Shown here one piece after another: positions 18,309 through 29,000 of a DNA stretch of 54,099 nt; within the stretch, counting starts at the first letter, position 1, and each line of letters starts with the position of its first letter. A program made the translations under genes and the position numbers. The notes below the pieces were generated by a model. That model was given only the letters and a program-made list of their open reading frames with translations, made no database searches and had not been told where the DNA came from. Source of the DNA: a virus; IMG/VR virus record IMGVR_UViG_3300022212_000093, positions 1 to 54,099 of that record; one strand, given 5' to 3'.

Positions 18309-18371
18309 GAAGCCCGAGAAATAGCCAGGAACACTTCGAGATTAAACCGGCTCCTGGTAACGTTTTCCTTA
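18309..18371 (+). repeat. 63 bp direct repeat, copy 1
   Basis: Identical to 19247-19309. Confidence 0.95.
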
Positions 18372-18734
18372 ATGTAAAATAATCTCGATAAAGTCGGTGG
18401 GTTCAATTCCCTTAAAAAATTGAGTCCCCACTGCTAAACGTTTTTTATCGAGAGAACTTTGAGAAATGTCTTCATATTCATAAGTTATTCTTTTAGGTTT
18501 TTTGTGTTTGTCTCTCCTGATATCATTTTCATCGAATTCCACAGAGTCAGCGCAAATAAGAGTAGGTTCTTTTTTCACTACAAGAATATCAATTTTTAGA
18601 GAAGTGTGCGCTTTTATTCCGTTTATTGCCGCACCTGCTTTTAGTCGCCCCTCTTTCATCTCTGATGGGGCTATATCAGACATTGATAATACTGTACGTG
18701 TTTGAATGTTGGAAAAAATGAGTTTAGAGGTCAT
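18369..18734 (-). CDS. Hypothetical protein inside the repeat-flanked cassette
   Basis: ATGA-coupled to 18731-19135; its stop codon is the last 3 nt of repeat copy 1. Confidence 0.65.
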   Translation of the reverse strand: MTSKLIFSNIQTRTVLSMSDIAPSEMKEGRLKAGAAINGIKAHTSLKIDILVVKKEPTLICADSVEFDENDIRRDKHKKPKRITYEYEDISQSSLDKKRLAVGTQFFKGIEPTDFIEIILH

Positions 18735-19135
18735 TTTTCGACCTCGTAATATCCGCTTAGTTTTGCGAGTTCTTCAGTTCTGAAAACCTGTCCTGTTGCT
18801 GGCACGTATTCGGGGATTCCTTTTTGTTTTTCAGTGTAGATCAGGAAGACCTCTTCATCAAGGGCACTTTCCAGCAGGAAGCTTTCTCCGTGTTCTTCAG
18901 GGTCGTCGTCTTCCCCGAAGTTTACTTTTACAAAACTATTACCTTCATAAGTGATTTTATCGTCAATCCAGACACTGAAATTTAAATCTTCTATTGGTTT
19001 TACGGCTTCGATGAATGGCGTTTCTCTTTCTTTCTCGTCTGAAATTTCATAGTATGATAGGTCGGCGTCTTGTACATATTCATACATCGTTTCATAGAGG
19101 TTTACATTTCTTCCATCTATTGTGATCATATTCAT
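18731..19135 (-). CDS. Acidic hypothetical protein inside the repeat-flanked cassette
   Basis: GGAG RBS; very Asp/Glu-rich 134 aa. Confidence 0.7.
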   Translation of the reverse strand: MNMITIDGRNVNLYETMYEYVQDADLSYYEISDEKERETPFIEAVKPIEDLNFSVWIDDKITYEGNSFVKVNFGEDDDPEEHGESFLLESALDEEVFLIYTEKQKGIPEYVPATGQVFRTEELAKLSGYYEVEK

Positions 19136-19246
19136 TATCTCCTATAACTTTGGGCTAATGCCCTACTGCAATACTCTATATATCCCCAATGTTATTTATA
19201 CTTTTTGGGGATCGAATACAAAACATACCCAACTACTCGCATCATG

Positions 19247-19309
19247 GAAGCCCGAGAAATAGCCAGGAACACTTCGAGATTAAACCGGCTCCTGGTAACG
19301 TTTTCCTTA
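19247..19309 (+). repeat. 63 bp direct repeat, copy 2
   Basis: Identical to 18309-18371. Confidence 0.95.
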
Positions 19310-19346
19310 CCTTTCTACCTACTATTTTATATACCAGGAGCCTCGA

Positions 19347-19436
19347 AAAAAAGATATCTCTTATTAATTAATTAATTAATTATACGAATACGTATTCGTA
19401 TAAATTAATAGAGAGATAATAAGAGATATCTTTTTT
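19347..19436. repeat. AT-rich palindromic element, copy 1 (20 bp outer arms, 24 bp perfect core)
   Basis: AAAAAAGATATCTCTTATTA / TAATAAGAGATATCTTTTTT symmetric about the core TTATACGAATACGTATTCGTATAA; 79/80 identical to 47852-47931. Confidence 0.95.
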
Positions 19437-19696
19437 CAGGCTTCCCGTTATTTAAGTCTTTTCCTTTTTGTCCTAGTTTTCGCTATCGGTAAACTGGTTG
19501 GTATTCCTGGACATTTTACCGACTACTCGGTAAACAAGCAGATTTTACCTACTACTTTTAACTTATCCACCTATAAACCTATGTTTAATTTTATAGAGGC
19601 TTATCGACCTGTTAAATAAAAAAACAATGCATAACAATTTTTATCGTGGTCATTTTATAGATATATTTTTATCTGTTAACGTTGATACTGTCTTAA

Positions 19697-20755
19697 ATGA
19701 GCGTTTTTATCGAGGGTACCGCTTTCCCACTCGGGAAAATTAACGAAAACGGATGGGGCGTGCCGTTCACGGAAGTAGATAACGCTATCGCTACCCTTAA
19801 AAGCTCAGTGGTCCGGGTATGCTCTCGTATTGATCCCCACGGCTGCGACGTTATGGGCGACCCTTTTAGCGAAATCGGCCACGTAGTCGACGCATGGCGA
19901 GAAGGAGACGACATAAAAGTCAAAGCCGAGATAACCGACTCAATCGCAGCCCAAAAGATCGAGGATTCAACCTGGAAAAACAATTGGAGCGTTTTTGTAG
20001 GGTTTAACGATATCGATGCCGGGGGATGGGTCCACGGGATCGCAGTCGAAAGCATTACAATCGTAAATGATCCCGCTTGGCCGACCTCAACCTGGAAAGT
20101 AGTATCAGCGTCTGACGGCACCAAAAAGGGTATCAGAATAACGTCTGAATTTTTTATTAGAAAAGCAGCAGCAAAAACAGAAGGTGAAACCACGTCAGAA
20201 GAGACAGTCGAGGAGCTTAAAAAGAAACTCGCCGACGCTGAAAAGGAGCTCGCCGAGTTAAAAGCGAAGGCACAGGCACTCCCAGGCGAAACCGGAGACG
20301 GTGGAGAAGGTGGAGAAGGTGGAGACGTCGCAGCTCTTGAAAAAGAAGTCGAAGAGCTTAAAGCGTCTAATGCAAAGCTCGAAAAACAGATCGAGGAAGA
20401 TAAAAAACTTATCGCCTCGCTGCAAGTCGAAAAAGCGAAAATGGTACCTATTTCGGAACTTGAAAACAGGATCGCGGCAGCTCTTGAAAAACACGACAAG
20501 GAGATCGCCGCAAAGCTCGAAAGGGATAACGCTTTCGCTGCCTTCGCTGCAGCTCGCGAGAGGTTAGGACTCGAAACAAAGCCAGAAGACTTTAAGAGCC
20601 TTTCAGCAGCCGACCTTAACAAGCTCGCCGAAGACCTTGGCGGGATTAAAAAAGCCGCAGCCTCCGGCTCTGGTTTCTCCTATCCTACCAGCAACAACCC
20701 CACAGGGTTCACGGTTGGGAGATGGGACTCAAAAAAGAAGGAGTGGGTTTACTAA
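19697..20755 (+). CDS. Prohead protease fused to a coiled-coil scaffolding domain
   Basis: First gene of the capsid operon; N-terminal protease-like region (IGHVVDAWREGDDIKVKAEI ... WSV) then a long E/K/A coiled coil. Confidence 0.75.
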   Translation: MSVFIEGTAFPLGKINENGWGVPFTEVDNAIATLKSSVVRVCSRIDPHGCDVMGDPFSEIGHVVDAWREGDDIKVKAEITDSIAAQKIEDSTWKNNWSVFVGFNDIDAGGWVHGIAVESITIVNDPAWPTSTWKVVSASDGTKKGIRITSEFFIRKAAAKTEGETTSEETVEELKKKLADAEKELAELKAKAQALPGETGDGGEGGEGGDVAALEKEVEELKASNAKLEKQIEEDKKLIASLQVEKAKMVPISELENRIAAALEKHDKEIAAKLERDNAFAAFAAARERLGLETKPEDFKSLSAADLNKLAEDLGGIKKAAASGSGFSYPTSNNPTGFTVGRWDSKKKEWVY

Positions 20756-21633
20756 TGTCATACTCAGGATTTCAGCCTCCAAATAATCAGATAGTTGTAG
20801 CAGGCGACCCCACGGTCCAGGAGCTCAAAATCGAGACCGCTACAAACTGTAAACCGGGCCGTTTCGTAATGAGAGGGACCAACGACGATGATATAGTCGT
20901 ATGTAATGGGCTTAAGCCTCCTATCGGTATTCTCGGATATGAACAGTGTCACCCGTCCTTTAAACCAGATACAAGAGCCGGGCTTTATGCAGCCGGAGCT
21001 ATGGCCCCAGTTCTTAGCGGAGACTTTACGGCAATAAGTCCGGGAGGTCTCGCACCCGGGACAATAGGGAAAAAGGGCGAGATACTCCTTTCCTGGTCCG
21101 ATGGGATGGTAATACCCGGCGTAATACTCGGAGGGAAAACAGGAATTAGAATTCCCTTCGTAAAGAGTACCACCGAAAAGAGGACCGGCGTAGTTCTTCC
21201 GGCTGGGGTAGTGGTTCGAGACTGTATTATAAAAGTGGATACAGCCGTCGACAATGCTACAATAGACGTCGGTACATACTCGACAGCAGGTGGAGACGCC
21301 GACGGTTTCCTCGATGGGGAAAGCTGCTCGGTCGCAGGGCTTGTGGAGCATAACAACGTAGACGCTACAGCCTCAAATAACACTTTAGGCGCTCTGCTTG
21401 TCGAATCCGACATAAAAAGCGCAGATACAACCGCGTTATTTGCTTCAATTCCTACCGGCTACCTAGTGCCTGATGGTGGCAATGAGGTAACATACACAAC
21501 CACGAACCACGACGTCGCAGGTGAGATTTTCCTAATTATCGACAGTCCGGGAGTTATCCCAGTCGGAAAGATCGAGACAACAGCAAACGCATCAAGCGCA
21601 GCCGCTGACGTCGTATACAAGTGTCTGATTTAA
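20755..21633 (+). CDS. Capsid decoration/cement protein candidate
   Basis: Lies between scaffold and capsid genes; TAATG coupling favours the start at 20755; Gly-rich beta motifs. Confidence 0.55.
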   Translation: MSYSGFQPPNNQIVVAGDPTVQELKIETATNCKPGRFVMRGTNDDDIVVCNGLKPPIGILGYEQCHPSFKPDTRAGLYAAGAMAPVLSGDFTAISPGGLAPGTIGKKGEILLSWSDGMVIPGVILGGKTGIRIPFVKSTTEKRTGVVLPAGVVVRDCIIKVDTAVDNATIDVGTYSTAGGDADGFLDGESCSVAGLVEHNNVDATASNNTLGALLVESDIKSADTTALFASIPTGYLVPDGGNEVTYTTTNHDVAGEIFLIIDSPGVIPVGKIETTANASSAAADVVYKCLI

Positions 21634-21648
21634 GGGGGCTAAAAAAAC

Positions 21649-22533
21649 ATGACTAACGCAATAGCAGAATTTTCTAAGAAGATCGACGAAAAACTCGTAG
21701 ACCCTCTGCGCCAGGTCTTGAAAGGCAGAACTCTCGTATATGTGACCCCCCCACAGGGTTTCGAGATCTCAAACGTGGAATGGGGCAAAATTATCGAAAT
21801 GTCAGAGGGTATGGTCTCCTATTCCTTCACATCAGGAAATAAGGACCAGATCGACGCGACCCTCACAAATTCCAAAATTCCAGTTTACTGGAAGGAATAC
21901 GAGATCGACCGCAGGATCTATGAGAGCTGGAACGCTCGCGGTACTGACATTGACGCAGCTAACGCGATCGCTGCAGGCTACGCAGCCGCAAAGGTCGAAG
22001 ACGCCGCAATTATCGACGGTGTAACCAGGGACGGGACAAACTACGAGATACCCGGCCTATATCAGGGTGCCGGGGTGGACTATAACACAGCTACCAGCCT
22101 AGTAACTTTCGGAATGGCAACAAAAGCCGTTTCAGGGTGTCTAAACCTCATGGACGACGCTGGAGTCCCGGTGGACCGCATAAAGTGGAACTGGGCCGTT
22201 CCTTCGGCTGCTTATCACAAAATAAGGAGCATAAGAAACTCTAATGGAGTAAAAGAGCTGCCCGACGTCCTAGACATGCTTAACGGCGGTGAGCTAGTCT
22301 CCGTTGGTACAATCCTCGCGCCTAATCAGTCCGTGCTTGTACCCGATCCCTCAGTCGGAGAGCCTTTTGTCGATTTCTACCTTACAGCAGACTTCCAGAC
22401 AGACCCGAAAAACCCCGAATATGTAAAAACCGGAAACATTGGGGGACGTGTATTCTCTGCCGGTGTCCTGAGAATTAAGCAGGAAGCTGCACTCGGGAAG
22501 ATTTCAAACCTAACTTACACAACCGGAGAATAA
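21649..22533 (+). CDS. Major capsid protein, HK97 fold, encapsulin/Linocin-M18-like
   Basis: Position; LRQVLKGRTLV, IPVYWKEYEIDRR and AAKVEDAAIIDG resemble family 1 encapsulin motifs. Confidence 0.8.
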   Translation: MTNAIAEFSKKIDEKLVDPLRQVLKGRTLVYVTPPQGFEISNVEWGKIIEMSEGMVSYSFTSGNKDQIDATLTNSKIPVYWKEYEIDRRIYESWNARGTDIDAANAIAAGYAAAKVEDAAIIDGVTRDGTNYEIPGLYQGAGVDYNTATSLVTFGMATKAVSGCLNLMDDAGVPVDRIKWNWAVPSAAYHKIRSIRNSNGVKELPDVLDMLNGGELVSVGTILAPNQSVLVPDPSVGEPFVDFYLTADFQTDPKNPEYVKTGNIGGRVFSAGVLRIKQEAALGKISNLTYTTGE

Positions 22534-22558
22534 TACACAACCTAATAAAAAAGGTGAT

Positions 22559-22807
22559 TTGTTGAAGGTAGAAGTAAAAGTCCTTTTGTTAGAAGTCGAG
22601 ATTAACGGGGAGGTAAAAAAGTTTAAGAGAGGCGATATAATCGACCTCCCGAAAGCGAAAGTTAGACAGCTCGGGCTATCTGTCGCGAAATATGTACCCC
22701 AAGTAGTCGACTACGAAGAGGTAGAGGACGACACCCCAGCCCCAGGAGGTTCTGCGAGGATCGCCGATTCAGGAGCAGGTGCCGAGCCTCCCAAAAAACG
22801 CAGGTGA
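22559..22807 (+). CDS. Small virion-associated protein
   Basis: AGGTGA RBS, TTG start; follows the capsid gene. Confidence 0.65.
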   Translation: MLKVEVKVLLLEVEINGEVKKFKRGDIIDLPKAKVRQLGLSVAKYVPQVVDYEEVEDDTPAPGGSARIADSGAGAEPPKKRR

Positions 22808-22811
22808 TATA

Positions 22812-23186
22812 ATGGTCTTCGCTACCGTGGGAGAGGTCCGGGCTGTAGTTCACACGTCCACCCTCAAAGACGAGGACATCCTAGGAATCATAAACGAGAT
22901 CTCTAAGGAGATCCTCGTAAGGGCTGGGACTACAGACGAGAGTAACCCTCTGCTAATTTCTGCAGGAAAAAACGCGATTTACGCGGCTGTCCTTCGCAGG
23001 ATGAAACTCACTGGGGAGCTTGCAGCAAGAGTAAAACACGGCAGTGGAGAGCAACAAAACGACATTAACCAGGAAATCCAGTATTACGAAGACAATTCAA
23101 ACCGGTACCTGCGAAAATATCTCTATTCAGCTAATACAAGATTATACGGAAGGGTTGGCTTAGGAAGTGTAAACCATAAGATATAA
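22812..23186 (+). CDS. Head-tail connector/adaptor protein
   Basis: AGGTGA RBS before ATG 22812; helical, FATVGEVR N-terminus as in gp6/gp15-like adaptors; position. Confidence 0.6.
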   Translation: MVFATVGEVRAVVHTSTLKDEDILGIINEISKEILVRAGTTDESNPLLISAGKNAIYAAVLRRMKLTGELAARVKHGSGEQQNDINQEIQYYEDNSNRYLRKYLYSANTRLYGRVGLGSVNHKI

Positions 23187-23202
23187 CGGCGTTGGTCTTT
23201 GA

Positions 23203-23808
23203 ATGAACTCGTTAGATTTTGGGATGGTACACACCTGCAAAATAATACAATCTGTTCAAGACCAGAGGCTTAATTTTGTCTCTGGAAGCAATCCGTTCTA
23301 TGAAGGACACCCAGTTTCAGGCTCGATTTCTAAAGCCTACGGCACTATAAAAACGGTAGTTGTTGAGTCCGGTAGCTGGGTTTCTGGAGATGCAGCCGGA
23401 TACCTGATTTTATCTTTTGTCTCTGGTCTTTTTCTAGACGGGGAAACTCTCAAAGAAGGCGACACAGAGCATGCGAAAGTCTCAGGCAGTCAGATCCCAC
23501 ATACTAACGGCGTTGGTACTCCTATTACCTCTACAAAACAGACCCCTGCTAAATGTCTATTTTCTGAGGTTCATAGATCAGGGGAAGGAATACAAAATTT
23601 TGAAAGTGGTGATTACATCGTAAAAGGTCCACTTGTCTTCCTTCCTGGAACTACAAACATAGAAGAGGGCGATTATATTCTTGGTGATGTACCCGGATTT
23701 AATAAAACATACAAAGTGTTGAAAGTTACCGCACATTATCGGTTATTTTCCTCGATAATAGACCATATCGAAGCAGAATTGCAGGCGGTAGAAAAACGCA
23801 ATGGCTGA
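23203..23808 (+). CDS. Head closure protein candidate
   Basis: Position; beta-rich with IEEGDYI..YKVLKV C-terminus. Confidence 0.5.
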   Translation: MNSLDFGMVHTCKIIQSVQDQRLNFVSGSNPFYEGHPVSGSISKAYGTIKTVVVESGSWVSGDAAGYLILSFVSGLFLDGETLKEGDTEHAKVSGSQIPHTNGVGTPITSTKQTPAKCLFSEVHRSGEGIQNFESGDYIVKGPLVFLPGTTNIEEGDYILGDVPGFNKTYKVLKVTAHYRLFSSIIDHIEAELQAVEKRNG

Positions 23809-24232
23809 GATGTTTAAAATCAAAGTCGAGGGCGTTAAAGAGCTCCAGGCAAAATTTGACGGCATAGAAAGAGAGCTTGAAAAAGCACTAGCCGACGCTG
23901 TTTCACAGGCGGCTATCGTAGTTGAAAGAGAAGCGAAAGCAAACTCAGAACGCGGCGGTAATTCCTTCCCTCACAGGATAACCGGGAACCTGATGAACTC
24001 TATAAAAGAACTTCGTCAAATTTCCCAGCCTGGCAGAGTGGAAAGCCAAATCGGTACCGCTGTGGAATACGGGCCCAGGCTCGAATATGGGTTCATGGGT
24101 ACAGATAGACTAGGGCGAAGGTTCAACCAGCGCCCCCGGCCCTTTCTCCGTCCTGCTCTCGACGAAAACGAGGCAGAGATCCAGGCAGCTTTCGAGAAGT
24201 CGATTAATGCAATAATAAGAAAGTACCGATAA
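23801..24232 (+). CDS. HK97 gp10-like tail completion protein
   Basis: TGNLMNSI, YGPRLEYG and PRPFLRPAL motifs. Confidence 0.85.
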   Translation: MAEMFKIKVEGVKELQAKFDGIERELEKALADAVSQAAIVVEREAKANSERGGNSFPHRITGNLMNSIKELRQISQPGRVESQIGTAVEYGPRLEYGFMGTDRLGRRFNQRPRPFLRPALDENEAEIQAAFEKSINAIIRKYR

Positions 24233-24260
24233 AGTACCGATAAAAACAGGATGTTACAAA

Positions 24261-24629
24261 ATGATCGAGGCAGCAGTACGGGACATTTTGTTATCTGATC
24301 CTAATATCGTACAATATGCCGGAAATCGGATATTTCCCTTAGAATTGCCCTTAAACTGTAAACTTCCAGCGATATCTTACTTCAAAGTTTCAGACCCATA
24401 TAAACAGGTTTCAGGTTTCCCCCGCTTTCAAGTGTCATGTTGGGCAGAGGATTACGAGGAGTGTTTAAACTTAAAAAAAGCCGTAACGGATACCTTAGAG
24501 GGGTTCTCGGGTACCGTTAACAACGTAACAATAATACGAATTATTCCGATAGATGCCCCTGATTTCTACGATTCAAGCGTGGGCGTCTATCACATTCCAA
24601 ATGATTTTAAAGTGATATATAGGAAGTGA
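24261..24629 (+). CDS. Tail terminator (DUF3168-like)
   Basis: RIFP...LPAISY, FQVSCWA motifs; position before the tail tube gene. Confidence 0.75.
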   Translation: MIEAAVRDILLSDPNIVQYAGNRIFPLELPLNCKLPAISYFKVSDPYKQVSGFPRFQVSCWAEDYEECLNLKKAVTDTLEGFSGTVNNVTIIRIIPIDAPDFYDSSVGVYHIPNDFKVIYRK

Positions 24630-24635
24630 AAAAAA

Positions 24636-25436
24636 ATGGTTAACTATCAGACGACAACCCAGAAAGTAAACAGTATCAGATTTGGATCTGCAAAAATAGA
24701 AGTAGGCGAAGACGTTGCGAGTCTTGTAAATCTTGGGACAGCTCAAAATATCGAGTTTACCGAAGAGTTTACCCCTATCGTTTTGAAGCCCGATAACGCC
24801 CCAGAGATAACAGTCGGGGTCCGTGAACACTACGCAACCGCTAGATTTGATTTGTGGGAAGTAGACCTCAGTAATCTTAATTTGATAAGGGGAGGTATCG
24901 ACACTTATACACCCATCGCAGGCGATCCGGTTACAGTTACCGACGAGCCCGTAAAACTGACAGGTACCAAAATGGTAAGACTCGCAAACAAGAACGGCGA
25001 CGGGTCCGAGCCTACTTCTATAGTCGTTAAGGGGTCCGACGGCGGCGAAACGGTCAGAAATACCGATTATGTTTTAGGGGTTGACGCTGCAGGATGGCCC
25101 GTTATTGGCAGAGTCGCAACATCCTCAAATATAGCAGATGGGGATACTGTCAAAGTTACCTATACCTACACTCCTAACGCTTCCGCAAAACTCAGCACCG
25201 GAGGCAAAAATATAATTAATCCCCGCGTGGTCCGGTTGACTAATACGAACGCAGCCGGTAAAAAATTCCAGATCACAATCTATGCAGCCAAAAACCAGAA
25301 AGGGATCGAGCTTAAACTCCCTGGTGATGACTCAGAAGACCCGGTCGCGGTACCAATCGAGCTTAAAGGTATTATCGATCCAACCAGGACCGCAGGCGAC
25401 CAGCTTTTCGAGATCCTGGACGAGCAGGGGGTTTGA
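24636..25436 (+). CDS. Major tail tube protein
   Basis: Position; N- and C-terminal tube segments around a beta-sandwich-like insertion. Confidence 0.75.
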   Translation: MVNYQTTTQKVNSIRFGSAKIEVGEDVASLVNLGTAQNIEFTEEFTPIVLKPDNAPEITVGVREHYATARFDLWEVDLSNLNLIRGGIDTYTPIAGDPVTVTDEPVKLTGTKMVRLANKNGDGSEPTSIVVKGSDGGETVRNTDYVLGVDAAGWPVIGRVATSSNIADGDTVKVTYTYTPNASAKLSTGGKNIINPRVVRLTNTNAAGKKFQITIYAAKNQKGIELKLPGDDSEDPVAVPIELKGIIDPTRTAGDQLFEILDEQGV

Positions 25437-25828
25437 GTATGTCTGACGATCTACTGAAAGATTTCGATATCCTTGCTCCTCCAAAACGAATTGCCCGGAT
25501 CGGAGGGGAGGAAATTGATGTCACAATCGTTCCTGCGAGAGCTGCCCTGAAGTTCATCAGTTTCTCAAAAAAATACAGTGCTAAATCGCTTGAATCTATT
25601 GATCAGGACAGCTTTGACCCTGGTATAATTGATGATATCCTCGAAGTTGTTGAGCTTGTATGCAAGCGGTCAAGCACGAAAATTACCAGAGACTGGCTTC
25701 TTGATAATGTAGACATCAAGGTCCTTATGGATTTCGTGCAGTATGTCTTTGCAGGCATGAAAAATGTAAGCTCTGAAGAATCCTCCTCCAGAGAAGAAGG
25801 AAAAAACTCGGAATCTGGGACGTCATAA
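25433..25828 (+). CDS. Tail assembly chaperone (gpG-like)
   Basis: Lies between tail tube and tape measure genes; ends with slippery A-AAA-AAC. Confidence 0.75.
   Translation: MSMSDDLLKDFDILAPPKRIARIGGEEIDVTIVPARAALKFISFSKKYSAKSLESIDQDSFDPGIIDDILEVVELVCKRSSTKITRDWLLDNVDIKVLMDFVQYVFAGMKNVSSEESSSREEGKNSESGTS
25801..25807 (+). other. Programmed -1 frameshift site
   Basis: X-XXY-YYZ heptamer AAAAAAC; the -1 frame (KLGIWDVITQLGQ) is open into ATG 25843. Confidence 0.8.
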
Positions 25829-25842
25829 CCCAGCTTGGACAG

Positions 25843-26079
25843 ATGTACGCCTGGGCGACTCCGGAGATGCTTCTCGATGAAATGAGTCTGGAACAGTTGA
25901 TCTTGTTCTATCGGTATGGATGGGAAGCAAGGAAAACGAATGCTCAGGTATATTGGGGTGTCCTCGGTCAAGCTCTCCAGGGCACGGAAGCAGGGGAAAA
26001 GGTACAGGGCCTTGAGAAGTTCAAAGAAGCGCATCCGGACGCAAAGATAGTAAACGGTGCTTGGAAAGTGAGCAGGTGA
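25843..26079 (+). CDS. Tail assembly chaperone extension (gpT-like), probably made as a frameshift fusion
   Basis: In the -1 frame of the upstream chaperone gene. Confidence 0.75.
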   Translation: MYAWATPEMLLDEMSLEQLILFYRYGWEARKTNAQVYWGVLGQALQGTEAGEKVQGLEKFKEAHPDAKIVNGAWKVSR

Positions 26080-26083
26080 TTTT

Positions 26084-29000
26084 GTGGCAGTAGGTGAGCT
26101 TGTAGTTAGTATAATAGGAGATATGCGAGAACTTTCCAAGACTTTCGCCCAGGTCCAGACTGAAATAGATGGTATCGGAAAAAAGTTTCAGAGCATAGGA
26201 AGTGCCCTTAAAGACACTGGAAAAACGATGTCTACCTACGTCACGGCTCCTCTCGTAGGCATAGGCGCAGTTTCACTACATACTGCAGCTAATTTTGACG
26301 ACTCAATGCGGAAAGTCCAGGCTGTTTCGGGTGCAACTGGATCGGATTTTGAAAAACTTACAAAACAGGCTAGAGAGCTTGGAGCGACCACGGCATTCTC
26401 GGCATCCGATGCAGCGGACGCAATGTATTACCTTGCACTCGCAGGCTGGGACGTCAACGAGATCATGGACGCCACGCCTGGGCTTCTGTCTCTCGCGAGT
26501 GCGGCAGGTATGGATCTCGGCGAAGCGGCAGATATCGTAAGTGACACAATGTCAGGTTTCACGATGACAGCTGACCAAGCTGGGAGAGCGGCTGACGTTT
26601 TTGCAACCATCACCTCAAGCGCAAACACTGATGTACACCAGCTAGGCGAGGCTATGAAATATGCTAGCTCGACGGCAAACGCTGCAGGTATGGACCTTGA
26701 GCAGACTGCAGCAGTGCTGGGAGTTCTCGCCGATTCAGGTATCAAGGGAAGCATGGCTGGAACTACATTTAATGCTATGCTTCGTGATATGAGAAAAAAT
26801 GCTGTCGACGGCACAATTGCGATCGGGAGACACACGATAGCCCTCTACAATCAAGACGGGACTATGCGTGACCTCGGAAGCATCATGGCAGAAGTAGAAA
26901 AAGCTACCGAGGGGATGACTGACAAACAAAGAGATGCTGCTCTAAGTGCGATTTTCCAGGAAGAGTCCATTAGGGGAGTAAACATCATGCTTGCCACGGG
27001 CTCAGAGCGGTATCAAGAACTTGAAGCGAAGTTACGAAGCTCGGAAGGCGCAGCAAAAGACATGGCTGACACTATGGAAGGAGGTGTTGGCGGGGCAATT
27101 CGAGAGATGGAGTCCGCTCTTGAAGAACTCATGATAGTTCTGGGGAATATAATAGTCGTGGGAGTCACTCCACTAATAAAATATATCACTGATCTGGCAA
27201 ACTGGTTCTCGAAACTCCCTGCTCCGGTTCAACAAACCGTAGTAGCTATAGGAGCGATATTAGCGGCAATTGGACCGCTCCTCATAATAATCGGCTCGGT
27301 TGCCTCTGCAATCGGTTCTCTAGCTGCATTATTCGGCTCAGAAGGTGCTCTCGCTACAGCAATGACGTTTATTTCTAAATCAGTGATCCCCGCGCTTGGG
27401 TCCGCTTTAGGAACTTTACTTTCACCTGTCGGTTTAATTGCTATCGCAGTCGCAGCCCTGGCTCTTGCATGGAAAAACAATTGGGGAGATATTCAGGGCA
27501 AAGCAAAAGCTGTATGGGACTGGCTACAGTCCGAAATGAATAAGCTTGTAAACAGGCTTGAATACTATTATCACGCCCTTGTTATGGCGATTAGTGCAGC
27601 CGACCTTGAGGATAAATGGGATCGCATTAAAAACCGGCTCGAATACTACTATCATGCTCTTGTGATGGGTGCGAGTGGTCTGTACAACGACCTGAAAAAG
27701 TATTGGGGTGAACTGTCTACCGCACTCGAACCCGCAAAGGAAAGTCTCAGTTCAGCATGGGACAGTATAAAAACGATCTGGGAAACGTTCAAAACCTCGT
27801 TCCTTGACAGCATGAGTACCCTGTATGAGGACGTGAAGAAAGCTCTCGAACCCCTACGGGACACCCTTGATGAACTGTGTCAGCAACTCAAAGAAGACAT
27901 AATTCCTGTCGTCCTTGACTTCCTTGGCTCTTTTAGCGGCTCGGCCATGGACGACGCACAGGCCGATATCGATTCACTCACGGATATCATTAATTTCCTT
28001 AGCGAGAAACTCAGAGAGTTCTTCGATTGGGTAGCACGTCACCCCGAAATCACCGAATTTGTTGCCACAGTTGCGGCTATGGCTGTAGCTATACCGGTTG
28101 CTCTCGGTCTTTTAGCTGCCGCTATTGTCCTGTTTGTCGCAAAAGTCGTAAGCCTGTTTATTGAGCTTGTCAAAGCCGCATACGACCTGTATACTGATTG
28201 GAAGGATCATTTTGAAAATTTGAAGACTACAGTAACCCAAGCTATTGATAATATCATTGCAAAGGTTCGGGGTTGGTATACTGAAAACGTAAACAAATTC
28301 AACCAGATTAAATCTGCCGCGTTGGATTTACTGAATAACTGGCGTACGCATTGGGACAATATCAAGACCACTCTAACGCAGGCCGTTTCTGATATCGTCA
28401 CAAGATTACAGGGCTGGTATAATGACACCCAGGCCAGATTTACCCAAGTAAAAGCAGCTGCCCTTGATATTCTCAATAACTGGCGTACACACTGGGAGAA
28501 TTTCAAGACCACTCTCAATCTAGCTGTAGCTAACATTATTGCCAAGTTGCAGTCCTGGTACACGGACGTACAGAACAGGTTTAATCAGGTCAAGGCGGCG
28601 GCTCTTGATTTTTATAACAACTGGAAAGCAAGGTGGGATTCGATATGGAAGACCCTCAGCGATGCTAAGGACTACATTATCAATACCGCTCAGATGCTTT
28701 ACAACGATCTGCTAAACCAGTATAACCGGATTAAAGCGGAGCTTTCTAACCTGCTTACTGAATGGAAGGCAAGATGGAACGAAATATATACGTCCGTAAA
28801 AACGAAGGCTACCGAGATCGTTGATGAGGTTTACGGGATTGTAACCAAACTTAAAAACAAGGCAACCGAGTTTTATAACGCAGGAAAGAACCTTGTCCAG
28901 AACTTGATAGACGGGATCAACGACAAAATTTCTTCTCTCAGGAAAAAAATAGACGAACTAACCTCAATGATAGCCGACTATTTGCCTATGAATAGTCCGT

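Noticed and set aside
19693-20622. Long antisense ORF (309 aa) and many other overlapping ORFs in the track (e.g. 25603-26139, 20764-21351, 16963-17373)
   Set aside because: Shadow frames of well-supported genes; low-complexity Ser/Phe/Ala content mirrors the sense codons; no RBS or motifs.
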